From Paraspadella gotoi (Eukaryota; Animalia; Chaetognatha): a stretch of DNA of 64,000 nucleotides. This document shows, piece after piece, positions 1-11,100 of the stretch (positions are counted from its first letter, which is position 1; each line of letters starts with the position of its first letter). Below the pieces are notes generated by a model. The model was not told where the DNA came from. It did not search any database and was given only the letters and a program-made list of their open reading frames with translations. The translations under genes were made by a program, and so were the position numbers. The stretch lies in assembly GCA_051294375.1 (NCBI GenBank), contig CM119267.1:6065992-6129991 (forward strand), written 5' to 3'.

Positions 1-63
1 TTGTGCTAAAATATTGTCAAATATTGTCAACAAAAGAAATTCACTAAAACCGTTTTTCAACAT

Positions 64-1308
64 TCACTTATCGCGATAAACGTTCATCGCGGCTCTGTGA
101 ACAATGGTGTGTCTGAGGGAGACGTCGCCCCACCAGTCGGAATAACCACCACCGATCACGGTGGCAACGGGAATGCCCCGCTTGTAGAGGTGGTTGAGAA
201 CGTAGTGATCGCGGTCGAAGATGCCCTGATCGGTCATCGACAGACGCCCGAGCACATCGTCCGCGTGAGTGTCGACGCCGGCGTCGTAAATAACGAGATC
301 GGGAACGAAGGTGTCGACGATTCTCGGCAAGTTTTCGACGACACGCTGGAGGTATTCGGTGTCGCCGACGCCATCTTCCAATGAAATGTCGAGATCGGAT
401 TTTTGTTTTCTGAGCGGAAAATTTTTGGCGTTGTGGACGGAAAAGGTGAAAACGGAGGGATCTTCGGCAAAAATAAAGGCCGTCCCGTCGCCCTGGTGCA
501 CGTCAAGATCCACGACCAGAATCTAATAAAACAAAAATGATAAAGATGTTTTTTTTTTCCTTCTTTCTTTCTCTCTCTCTCTCACCTTCTCGACCATCTC
601 AGAAGCCACCATGAATCTCGCCGCAATCGCAATATCATTTACGAGACAGTATCCAGCGCCGAAGGAGGGAAAGGCGTGATGCGTTCCTCCGCCCGTGCTG
701 CAAGCGATTCCAGTTTCCAGGGCGAGTCGACAGGCGAGGATGGTGCCACCAGTCTCTAGCCTACAACGACGCACCAAACCGGGCGTCCACGGAAAACCCG
801 TACGGCGCCGTTCCTCGTCCGTGGTGAGACCCCGAAAGAACGAGTGCACGTAGACGGGATCGTGCACCAAAGCGCAGATGGCGGCGGGCACGGGCGGCGG
901 CCTCACTACCTGCCGCTTCTCGATCACCCCGTCCATCATTAGGTAATTAAAGAGCCCGTCGAATTTGCCCATGACGAATCGGTTGTTGGCGGGAATCTCG
1001 CAAACGAAGCCGTGATGATGCACGACTGGAAGGGAGCGCCCGAAGCGAAGATGCTCGTCGCAAGCCGCCGCGGCGAATTCCAAGTCGACCGGGCCGCCAG
1101 TCCTTGCGTCATTCTCGGAGAGGGTATCGATGTCCAATGAGTTCGGGTTGAACGAGAGGGCCGCATGGTGAGACGCGCGAAAGATTATAAGTCTTTTAGA
1201 GAGAAGAGTCTTTATCGAAGAGAAAAGTTTAATATCATTCCTGGGGTTATTAAATTCAACATATGACCGAAAAGAAAGGTATTTATTAAAGTGGCGGCAT
1301 AAAGCCAT
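64..1308 (-). CDS. Histone deacetylase family protein (HDAC11/HDAC12-like, AcuC/AphA-type), 2 exons, intron ~523-585
   Basis: ORFs 523-1308 and 64-513 join across a GT-AG intron. HDAC motifs GGGTHHA, GYCLVND, DLDVHQGDGT, YDAGVD.H.DD.LG and GGGY are present. Confidence 0.9.
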
Positions 1309-1691
1309 TCATTAATCTGAAGTAAATTTAAATGAGAGAAATGAGGTTATCACATTCTTCTCGAGATTCAAAATCATTAACATTTTATGACTATGAGAAC
1401 ATTAATTAAACATCCAATAAATATATTTAGGTTAAAAGTGGTCACAGATACAAAAATCAAATGGGGCTCAAAAAACTTCCCATCCTATCAATAATCAATG
1501 TCAATTTTGTCCAAAAGTCAATAATTTTGTTAATAAAAAATGCACTAACAAACAAACAACTTATTCTTAGTAAATATGATCGTCGGAATCGGAACCCATG
1601 ACGAACCACATAGTATACGTACACTAAAGTGCAGTGACTCAAAATTCTCAACAAATGCATGTAAATTTTTTTAGAATATCAATTAAAAAGT

Positions 1692-2933
1692 TCAAAATTT
1701 CCTATCAGGCCACCAAATTTCTGCCAAAGCATCGTTAAAACTAATTCCTTCCAACACCTGAAGAGAATAAGCCAAGGCTTCCGGCATCCATACCCCCAAC
1801 AAGTAATCAACGCTTTTATTATTTAGTGTGTCGGTCCCGAGGATCCGTTTCATTGTCCCTTTGAGAGTCTTCACGAGTCGATCGACGTCCTCGTCACGTC
1901 GAAACGGTCCGAAATTGTTCAACTTGAGAGGCTTGAGTAACGACGGAGAGGAATCGAAGAAAACTTTAAGGCACGACTTTTCTCGGTCCTCGTGAATGGC
2001 CCTCAGTCTGGCCCGACATTCGTCCGAAGAGAGAAATTCTAATATTCTCTCTAATCGTCCGTTTTTCGATTCTACGGCGGCTTCCATCTCTTTACACAAG
2101 TTTCGCCGCCCGCGCTTCCCGTCGTCGTAAACCTCGGATTTGGACGGATTTTCAACTCCGAACTCGCGATTATTATTAAAAGGTTCATCTTCGCTATCTT
2201 CCTCCCCAAGGCCGCTTGTGAGAGATGCCTGACGATCGACTGCGGGTTCCGCCCTCGCTATTTTCGATTTCTTGATGTCCGGAGAGAAGGAAGAAGGATC
2301 TTCTTCATCCCGACAATCGTATAACGAATACAACGAACCCGGGATTTTGGCCAAATATTCGAACACGTCTAACTCCATCGAGCCCTCGGCTCTTTTGCGA
2401 AGAAAGTTGTCGAGCATGCCGACGGCGTTTTCGAAACGAAGTCCGTGTTTGGATTCGCCGTCGGTCAAAAAGTATCTCCTCTCTCGACATGACCAAGGTT
2501 TGATGGAGTTGAGCGCTATACGGAAACCCTTTGAGGCGAGAGAACGTTTACGGTCGCAGTCGTCCGTCCACACAATAGTGGCCGCACGGCGTGATTTGTA
2601 CACGTTCTTCACAACGGCGGGCCACCAATCGTCACGGTGCTTGGCCCAGATTAGGTCCCCGCGTTTGAAGAGAGGCTTCCGGTTCTCGACCGACGGTGTT
2701 AATACGCAAGGCAGATCAGAGTCGTCCGAACTGCAGGAAGACGCGACTTCGGCGGTTGGAACAAGAGGAAAAAGGTTAGGAAGAAATTGACAAGCGAAAG
2801 ATTTAGCATTCCGTGTCAATGATGTCGGGAAAGAGCCGAGTCATTTACCGGTTGACAGATCCAAATCGCGGTCATCTAAGGTCCCGTTCGTCCCGATTTC
2901 TTGAGAGAGGGCTTCGTCGGAATCCAGTTCCAT
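1692..2933 (-). CDS. PWWP-domain protein, MUM1/PWWP3A-like
   Basis: PWWP motif GDLIWAKHRDDWWPAVV and a MUM1-like C-terminus (LGVWMPEALAYSL). Probable first exon starts at ATG 2933 (MELDSDEALS) and ends at a GTAAAT donor near 2848; the acceptor is uncertain. Confidence 0.75.
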
Positions 2934-3382
2934 CGCTTTCAACGTGATTGAGCAAACAAAAAAGTAAAAGGTAATAAATAATAGTGTAAAAATAGCGAGA
3001 GTTTAAAAACTTAATCAATTCGTAAAATACAGAGGAGAACAAAAACTAAGAGAAGATTCCAGAGATTCCAGAAAAAAATTTCGTTTTATAACATATTTCA
3101 TAAAAAAAATTACTGTTCTAATGTAAGAATGAGAAAATTTATAATCTCCAAAAGCATCACTAATAATTTATAAGCATTTTGACCAAAAAGTTACAGATAA
3201 ATTTTGATTACAAAACAGCTAATCTTCAAAACTGCAAAAAAGACCTTTTGTAACTAAAAAGGCGAAAACCATTCTTTAATTCGGGGCAAATAATTATTTA
3301 AAATAAATTATTGTGGCTTTGACCTTTATAAAGAAGTTGGCGTGATTAATAAAAGAACTAAAAAGTAAATGAGTATTGAGTA

Positions 3383-4619
3383 GGGTAGTGCGGGGTAATT
3401 CGGAACACTTTTGGATGTATTCATATTTTTCACATAGTAAATTTATTTTTTCTAATTTTTTTTCTGGTGATATATCGAGCAGTGTCCCCGCTACGTTTTT
3501 ATCCTGTGGCCGCTAGGGGCCGCATTTTTAAAAAAATTGAAAAACGTTCAGTTTTACCCCACCCTGGGGTAAAATGGAACACTTAATATATTATGAAATC
3601 GGTACAACCAATATAAAAATTATCCATTCATTTAATAAATAAGTTATCTTGCCCCTGACTTTGGACAGGCTTTGGTAGTTTAAGGCCTCCATCACTCTTA
3701 CAAGATAATGACATAGCAGGTCCCTGCAAGCTTTCAATCAAGACTCTCTCACAGTCTCCTTTATTCACTCCTTTACAATATAATAATAATAATATAATAT
3801 TACAAAATATAATGACTAAAACATTATTATTTGGAGTATAGAGCTCCTAATTGATAAAAAAAGTATAAAAAATTTTAAATCTTACATTTTTTTCATTCCC
3901 GAATATCGTCCCCATCTTTCCTTTCAATTAATATTGGTTTTTTCCCCATTTTTAAATTTCCAATGTTATTTTTTCTTAATCTTTTTATTTATAATTTTTA
4001 TTTATCTTTTTAAATTGTATTTTATTTTTTATATTAATTTCATCTTAATTTTGTCTCAAACTAATTTTTAAATTCTATTCCAAATTTTTGTATATTTTTT
4101 ATTGCTAAAAATTGATTTTTTACTGTAACATTAATAGTATAATAATTTTTTTCTGCCTAATTATTTAACAAATGTTTCTAACTGTTATCAATACTTAGTA
4201 AATTATTACTAACACGTTATAAAAAGCATATGAGGTAACACAGAATACTTACTTTACAGGTTTACAAGTTTACAGTTGTTCCGTTTTACCCCAATTTAAT
4301 TGTAGCTATAATTGAATTATTTTTTCGAAATAATCTATTCAATAACTAAAAATTAGTAGTCTCGTCTCGTCGTATCATATATTAATATTCCATAATCATA
4401 TTACTTTAAATGTAACGGTGAATAGAGGCTTGAAAACGACTACTCAAAGACAAAATTTGATAAGCAGCTTTCAATGCTGTAACTTTAATAATGGAAAGTT
4501 AAGTTAGTGAAATATTTAATGCACCAAAAAAATGATAAAATATCTTCAAACATTTTTTTATTTCATTTTATATGTCAGTGTTCCGAAATACCCCTGTTCC
4601 AAATTACCCCGCACTACCC
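3383..4619. mobile_element. Non-autonomous TIR DNA transposon (MITE, pogo/Tc1-mariner-like)
   Basis: Left end GGGTAGTGCGGGGTAATTCGGAACA and right end TGTTCCAAATTACCCCGCACTACCC are inverted repeats with 1 mismatch. TA lies on the left flank and TC on the right. Internal GGGGTAAAATGGAAC-type copies occur at ~3546-3582, ~4278 and ~4578. No transposase ORF. Confidence 0.85.
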
Positions 4620-4746
4620 TCTTTCAACTATGTATCAAATCAAATCTATCTACGCTGGTTATTTTAAGCAAGAACAGGTGTAAAGAAGCATGGTGTAACA
4701 TTAAGCGGCTCCTTTCAACCGGCATTTTTTTTAAAAGGTTTTCCGT

Positions 4747-6031
4747 TTAGAGAAGATTGTGATCTATCCTAAAGCGCACAATCTGTTTCCACCAATCCCG
4801 GACTTCCTCGATCGAATGTTTGTGAGACGCGATAATTGTCGTTGCGTAACGTTCCGAATCGAACTCCACCCGTCCATTGTAACCAAGGAAACCGGGCACT
4901 TGAACCCTTTCGGTACCCAAGTACATTCCTGCCACGACGCCAGTCCAATAAACGTCCTCGACTGGAAGCATGCGCACGCGTGGGTAAGCGAGTAGGAGGC
5001 GCTCGACCGTCCTTCGCGATGCGACGTAACAGGGACCGTGTATGTAATCGGGAAAAACGGAATGGGGATATAGGAAGAAAGAGACCGCCCATTGGTCGAA
5101 GATGGATCGTCGGGGCATGCAATTGTGGCAGATAGAGCCGCCTGAATACAAAATAATGCAACCTTAATTTGGTCGAATTATTGTTTTTAAAATGATGCAA
5201 CTTAATTTGGTCGAATTATTGTTTTTAAAATGTTGTTAAAATGTTTTTAAACCTAAAAATTCGACGTTTCTATCAACGAAGAGATTGGTTTGATGAAAGT
5301 AATCGATAAGAGGAAACGGGTTGAAGAAAACATCAGAGTCAACTTTGACCAGAAAACTGGAACCGGAACAATGAGTGGAAGCCCAAGAGAGTCCGTGAAG
5401 GACTTTTCTCGTCAAGTTTTGGTAAGTGTCGTTCAGATCCGCGAAAATAATGTCGTTGTTGTCTGCGAACAAAAAGCAACAGTAATGATAAATAAGAGCA
5501 GTGAATAAACCCTGATCAGTGATCACGGATTACGTGCCTTTGGTCTCGTACACCAATTCGGCAATATCTCCTTTGGGTCGACCGAGCAGAAAGAAGGTGT
5601 TGACTTTCGTATCGCGATAAACTCTTGGCAAACCCCAGGACGTCCTGATGGTTTGGCGTCGTTCGTGCTCGTGCTGCTGACTTAATACTGTCAATATAAA
5701 ACATTAAATATTAAACGCTGAATATTAAACAATCCGAAAATTTTTTGTCCCCAAAATTACCCAAAATGGTCAAAGCGTAGGAGCTACGAAATTCGCACCG
5801 AGGCACATTGTTTCGGTCGAGAAACCCGTGAAGAGAAACATTGAAAGACTGGCAAGGGGTTTCGTCGCAAAACAACGGCGGCGAAACGAGTCTGGCGAAG
5901 AGGGGAAGCAGAAAAAAATATACGATGAGGACGACGCTGAAAGAGACGAGGGAGCAAAAAACGTTGCAACGCCTCCGACAAAAATAAGGGAAGAAACTCA
6001 TCGTTATTGACGAGTTTCGATCATCGTTCAT
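4747..6031 (-). CDS. Beta-1,3-galactosyltransferase / GlcNAc-transferase (GT31), multi-exon
   Basis: N-terminal TM anchor followed by DTYQNLTRKV, FLVKVDSDVFFN (DxD motif), FPDYIHGPCY and EDVYWTG across ORF fragments separated by short introns. Confidence 0.85.
5156..5232. repeat. Two-copy tandem repeat (~38 bp unit) in an intron
   Basis: atgcaa(c)cttaatttggtcgaattattgtttttaaaatg occurs twice in tandem. Confidence 0.85.
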
Positions 6032-6175
6032 TTATCGATCGTTCAATGGTTTCTTCATTTTTTCGCAAGTGACCTCCGAGCTGGGCTCTCGTAAGCGGCA
6101 TTTTTTTCCCAGCCTGCTAAAGAACATTTGGAACAATAAATAATATTACAATTTTAAAAGCATTCATAGATACAC

Positions 6176-7059
6176 TCATGTCCAATTTTTTAAGATAAAA
6201 TCCACAGCTTGAGAAAAGTTATCGCAGGTGGCATCAGGAGGAATATTAGTCTTTCTTTCGTCACCGTCTCGATATTTTCCAGTTCTAACGAGGATGCCCC
6301 TGAGTCCGATTGCCATGGCGCCGGCGACGTCGTCCTTGACGTCGTCGCCTATCATGGCAACTTGGCGCTCCTCGAGCGACTCGTTCCCACCCGCTCTAAG
6401 AGATTCTAGCGCGGCGCGGAAAAAAGCTGGCTCGGGCTTGCCGACAACATCAGCGACAACGCCGGTGCAATATTCTAGCCCGGCCACGTAAAGGCCAGGA
6501 CCTGCGCGAAGACCGGAAGTCGACTTGTAGTACCTTGACGAGAAGTTAGACAAAGTTGATCGGAAGTTCATAGGCCAGACTTTTCAAAATCCTTTCACCA
6601 TCACCTTGCTTTATGTATGGCGATGAGTCGACCTCCGTCCAGCAACACATTCATAGCCCGCGACATGTGGGCGTGGTCGAAACGTTCCGGCGCCAGACCA
6701 ACGACCACGCTGTCAGGGCTGTCTACCTCAACAGACATCCCTTCAAATTCATCCATCGCCGCGTCGTCGATCAACAGCAGTGGACGCAGCCCCTCCCGCT
6801 CCACCTTGGCTCGGGCCGCGGAGAGCGAGGTGAGAATCTCGTCGTTGCCAATTTTAAAGCCGAGAGCGTGGAGACGTTGGAGCAAGCGTCGACGGCTCTC
6901 CTTGGTCGTGTTGGTCACGAACTTGAGGGCAACGCCCTCCCGCCGCAAACGGTCTACGGCCTCTCGACATCCGGGAATCGCCTGATCGTCCACGTGAAGT
7001 GTCCCGCTCAAGTCTATGAGGACGGCTTTGATTCTGGGCGAGGAGAGCGAGGACATCAT
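6176..7059 (-). CDS. HDHD2: Haloacid dehalogenase-like hydrolase domain-containing protein 2, intron 6534-6604
   Basis: Motifs DLSGTLH, FVTNTTKES, IHKAR|YY across a GT-AG intron, VVGKP and MIGDDVKDDV. Confidence 0.93.
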
Positions 7060-7212
7060 GGACCTGAACAAAATTTGATGTTTATCACGGGACATGTTGG
7101 CCACGAAAGGAAGACGCATGTCTAAAAACGAAAAATTACATTGACAAACGAAGACGATAGATATAAATAAAAATTCATCGGTCGAGCGGCGAATAAACGT
7201 CTATCATGAGAG

Positions 7213-7635
7213 TCACAAGGCCCAAGGCGGAGTCTCCGATTCCCGTGGGGCTCCGGAAGAGTTCGAAGGAGCGGCGGCGTTCCCATCGCCCGCGGCGCCG
7301 CCGACCCGGGCGTCCACGTCGTTGTCGTCGTCTGGACTCTCGTGATCTTCCATGAGGTCGTCGATCTCGTCGTCGTCCTGCGACTCGCTCTCCTCTCCCT
7401 CTTCCTCGTCGTCGTCGTCGTCCTCCTCCTCATTGTTGAACTGTTCTGCGGCCGACTTGCCGATCGGGGGAATATCCTGCCCCTGGTTGCCCAGACCGTC
7501 CAACCAACTCTGGTGGCGCTCCTCTCGTTTCGATAGTTCCGCCTCGTCGTCCGAGGGACGGTCCACCGAGACCCAAGTTGAATCGGGAAAGGGGGGAGTA
7601 AAACTAGGAAAGATTCGAGAGCCCGGGAACTGCAT
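7213..7635 (-). CDS. ANAPC15: Anaphase-promoting complex subunit 15
   Basis: FPSFTP...W..VDRPSDDEAEL...E..HQSWL...IPPIGKS followed by an acidic tail. Confidence 0.85.
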   Translation of the reverse strand: MQFPGSRIFPSFTPPFPDSTWVSVDRPSDDEAELSKREERHQSWLDGLGNQGQDIPPIGKSAAEQFNNEEEDDDDDEEEGEESESQDDDEIDDLMEDHESPDDDNDVDARVGGAAGDGNAAAPSNSSGAPRESETPPWAL

Positions 7636-8176
7636 AGTTTTTATGAGGCTTTGTTTTGAAGGTTCCAAAACAAGAGTAACTACTTTACGAAAAAAATGCA
7701 ACAGCATTATCAATTAATCCGAAAAATAACACGGTTAAGAAATATTTTTTAAATAAAACTTTTTTAACACTAAAAAAAACATATTTTTTTGGTAAACATT
7801 CTGGTTGACTTCCATTATCGTACGATAGATTTAAAATTAATTCTCCCTAATGACTTGGGAATCTTTATTTGATATATACTATATAGTGATTAGTGAAGCG
7901 ACAAGAAGCAAGTAATAAAATTTCAAAATTAGAAGGTCCTATCGATAATTAATCAGTAGTAAATGCTTTACATATCCAAATTGGAAAGGATAATGATCCA
8001 AATAAGCTTGAAAAAAAATTGTATCGATACTTCAAACCAGTTCTCTTACAATACTCTATAGAGTAAATCAAGGTTCTAATGAGTATATTATATAGAACTC
8101 CCTAATTCAGTACATACTTAAAAAGGATTAGACAATAGACATGTTTCAGGGTCTTAGTATTGAATATTGTACATGA

Positions 8177-11100
8177 TTATTGCTGGTTAAACAACTGCAA
8201 ATCTAATTTCACAACTAGTTCTCCCTTCGAAACTTCGTTCAAGGGAACGTGCTTTGAAATGGGACCGCGCAACCTTTGATCCCTCTCCCTGAGAGAGGCG
8301 TGGATGTCTTTGATTGAAATTTCCGATCTCCCCATGAAATCGTCAGGGGTGAAATAATCCTTGTCGTAAACCGTGAGACAAAGCACGTCCTGGTCCAAAT
8401 CGTGAACTAGGAATTGCATGGAGGCGTTCCAGGTTGGACTGAGAGTCCTCTGCGCGACCTCAGTCCGATTTTCCTGCGACCCCATAGTGGCGTGGCAATA
8501 GGGATCGCTAAGTCCGTTGTCGTCCCTGTCGACTAGGTCACGGGCTTCAACTATGGTGATCAAGAGTCGCCCTACTGCTGGGATCTTTTTTGCAGACTCT
8601 TTTTTGGCCTTTAACTTCTTTTCTAAATCCAAACAACTCTTAGAAGCGTTAAGGATCTTACGAACCCAAGTCAGTCTCTCGTTGCGCGAATGCGCCTTCA
8701 GCAGTAACGGCTGACGCTCGGGACCCACGTTCAGCTGGAAGACTGTTTCATCCTCCTCGGAAAAAGTGGAAACCTCGACTTCGTTCAAGAAAATAGGCTG
8801 CCGATAGGTTTTCAGCTGCATGTCGGCTTCGACGTCCATTATGAAGGGCTTGTTTAGAGGCTTGACGGCTTGAGTGAGCAGCAGGAAATCGTTGAAGAGA
8901 AAGCCAACCAACTCTTTGTTGCTCTTCACCTTGGTCACGGTGCCCGCGTGAAGAAACTTACGCGGGCCGAGTGAATTTGTTAAGGAATTAAAGACTATGG
9001 ATTCTGACGACGATACCGATTCGCTGCTTCCTTGGGATTCACATTGCACGTGACTTTGGAGCCATTCCAAACGCTCCGTGTTCTCTTTTTCTCTCACTCC
9101 TTCGTTGACTTGGACGCAGAGCTCGTCCGCCTTCTCTGCCGCCTCTTTAACATACTCGTAATCAGGATGCTTCTCTGGCGTGTATTTGAGAATTTGCTTG
9201 ATGAGCAACGGATATTTGGTGATTCTCTGCATCGGTTTCAAGAGAAAACTGCTCAGTGGCATGCCTTTGGCCGAAGGATGTTGGCTACATCTCGACAGAG
9301 CCTCTTTGAAAGTAGAGTCTTGCTCGAGTCTGCGTTGAATAAAAGTGGAGGCTTTTAATTGACAACTGCAGTAGCGAATATAGGATGCAAAGTGCGGCAT
9401 GTTCTCGCACAGGATATCCCCGATCATAATGATGTCAGCCGACCCTTGTTTCTTGTTCTTTTTACACATCTTTTTTCTCACTCTCAAGGCCCGCAATAGC
9501 TTGTCGTTGGCCTGAGATATTTCGTGCCAGTTGACAAATATTGCATCGATCTCCTCGGGTGCCAAATTCGACGAGAGAGGTCGCCGGAATACCTCCATCA
9601 CTATGGAAATGTCGGCATGGTAGGCCTCTTCAGTTTCTATGAGCTCTAAAATGGCGGCTTGTCGGTGGGAAAGGATACCTCGCTGATCATCGTCGAACGT
9701 GAAATCGCTAGACCCCCTCGACGATGAACGAGCGACGTTCTGGCTCTCACCCGACGCGGTATGCGGCTGCACGTAATTGGCGGGAAACAGTCCCGTGCTC
9801 TTCACACGGGAACCGAGATCCCCCTCGAGCAAGTCGCCCCTCCACCAATCGACTTCATCCTTCTGCACGTTGGTGATCAAATTTCCCTTGAGGAAACTTA
9901 GTTCGTCGTCGTTCATCGCAGTATAATTGTAAAGGGCGACGACGGACTCTACGGGCACTCCCATCGAAGCGGACTGCGGACTCGCGGAGGTGCTGGACGA
10001 TGTCGCCGCAGCCGCTGAAGCCGCGGCTGCAGCGATGGAGACAGGTTCCGGGTTTGGCGTCGTGGAAGAAGAGCGTCCTTCGACGATCCGCTCAATTTTG
10101 ACGTAGTCGCCAGGGAACCAGCCAACCTGTCGCTTCTTGCCTCGAATCTGCAGCTCGCCCTCCCACCAACCCGAAGGATTCTTCTTGCGCACTGCCACGG
10201 TCTGTCCTTCGACGAGCGAGAGTTGCCCCGAGCCAAAGGCCTCAAAAGAGGCGATGGCTGTTGCTAGTTCTAATTCGCGTGTGCGACCGACGCTCTCTCT
10301 TCGAGATCGAGATCGACTCTCGGCCCGAGAGTCACCTCGAGAATCTCCCCCACTTTCGCTTCCCAGGCGAGTGGAACGGCCCGATTTTGAGGACCCCTGG
10401 GGTGTTTGCTTGCCCGTCGGGACGTCCAGATTTCCCGTAGGATGCTCCGGCTTTGGAGGTGTTGGTGATGGCTTGACGATGGGTTCTATCTCTCGAACGT
10501 AATTCGCAGGAAAGATGCCAGTTTTGTCGGCGAAAGTACCGGTCCACCAGTCGCCATCTGCGACAGAAACTTCAATGGTGACGCCAACGTCGAAATTTAA
10601 ATCTCCCGCCTCCGACGAGTAAAAGGGATAAAGAGAAACACAGCGCCGCACTGTGACAGTCTCGACGCCGGGAGCGACGCGGATCGGAGTAGCCGATCTC
10701 TCCGGAGCTGCGGCGACAGCTGAAACGGAAGGAGCGGTCGGGGCTGGCGTTAGCGTGGGTTTGATATCGAACGGCGAAGCCTCAAAGGCCGATGAAGCAT
10801 CGAATGCGGGCGTGGAAGACTTTGAAGGTGGAGTTGCCGACGCTGCCGCCGCCGCCTCGAACGAGTCTTTGATGGCGGAGACGCTCTTAGCGGCGGAATT
10901 CTGTGGCGGCGAACTCCACGTGTCGTTGGCAAACGGATCCTTTGGTTCAGTGGTGGTGACTGCGCTGGGTTCGCTTGTTGCCATACTATCCGTTATTTTC
11001 TCAACGTACGCTTCGGGAAACCATCCTGTTTTAAGACCCAGACGACCGCCCATCCATCCCGGATCGGCGTCCTGATTTTCGTCGACCTCCACAACGTCGC

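Noticed and set aside
64-1308. Bacterial-like HDAC (and YkuE-like TMPPE) as recent horizontal transfer
   Set aside because: Both families occur widely in animals, and the HDAC gene has a normal intron and host-like composition.
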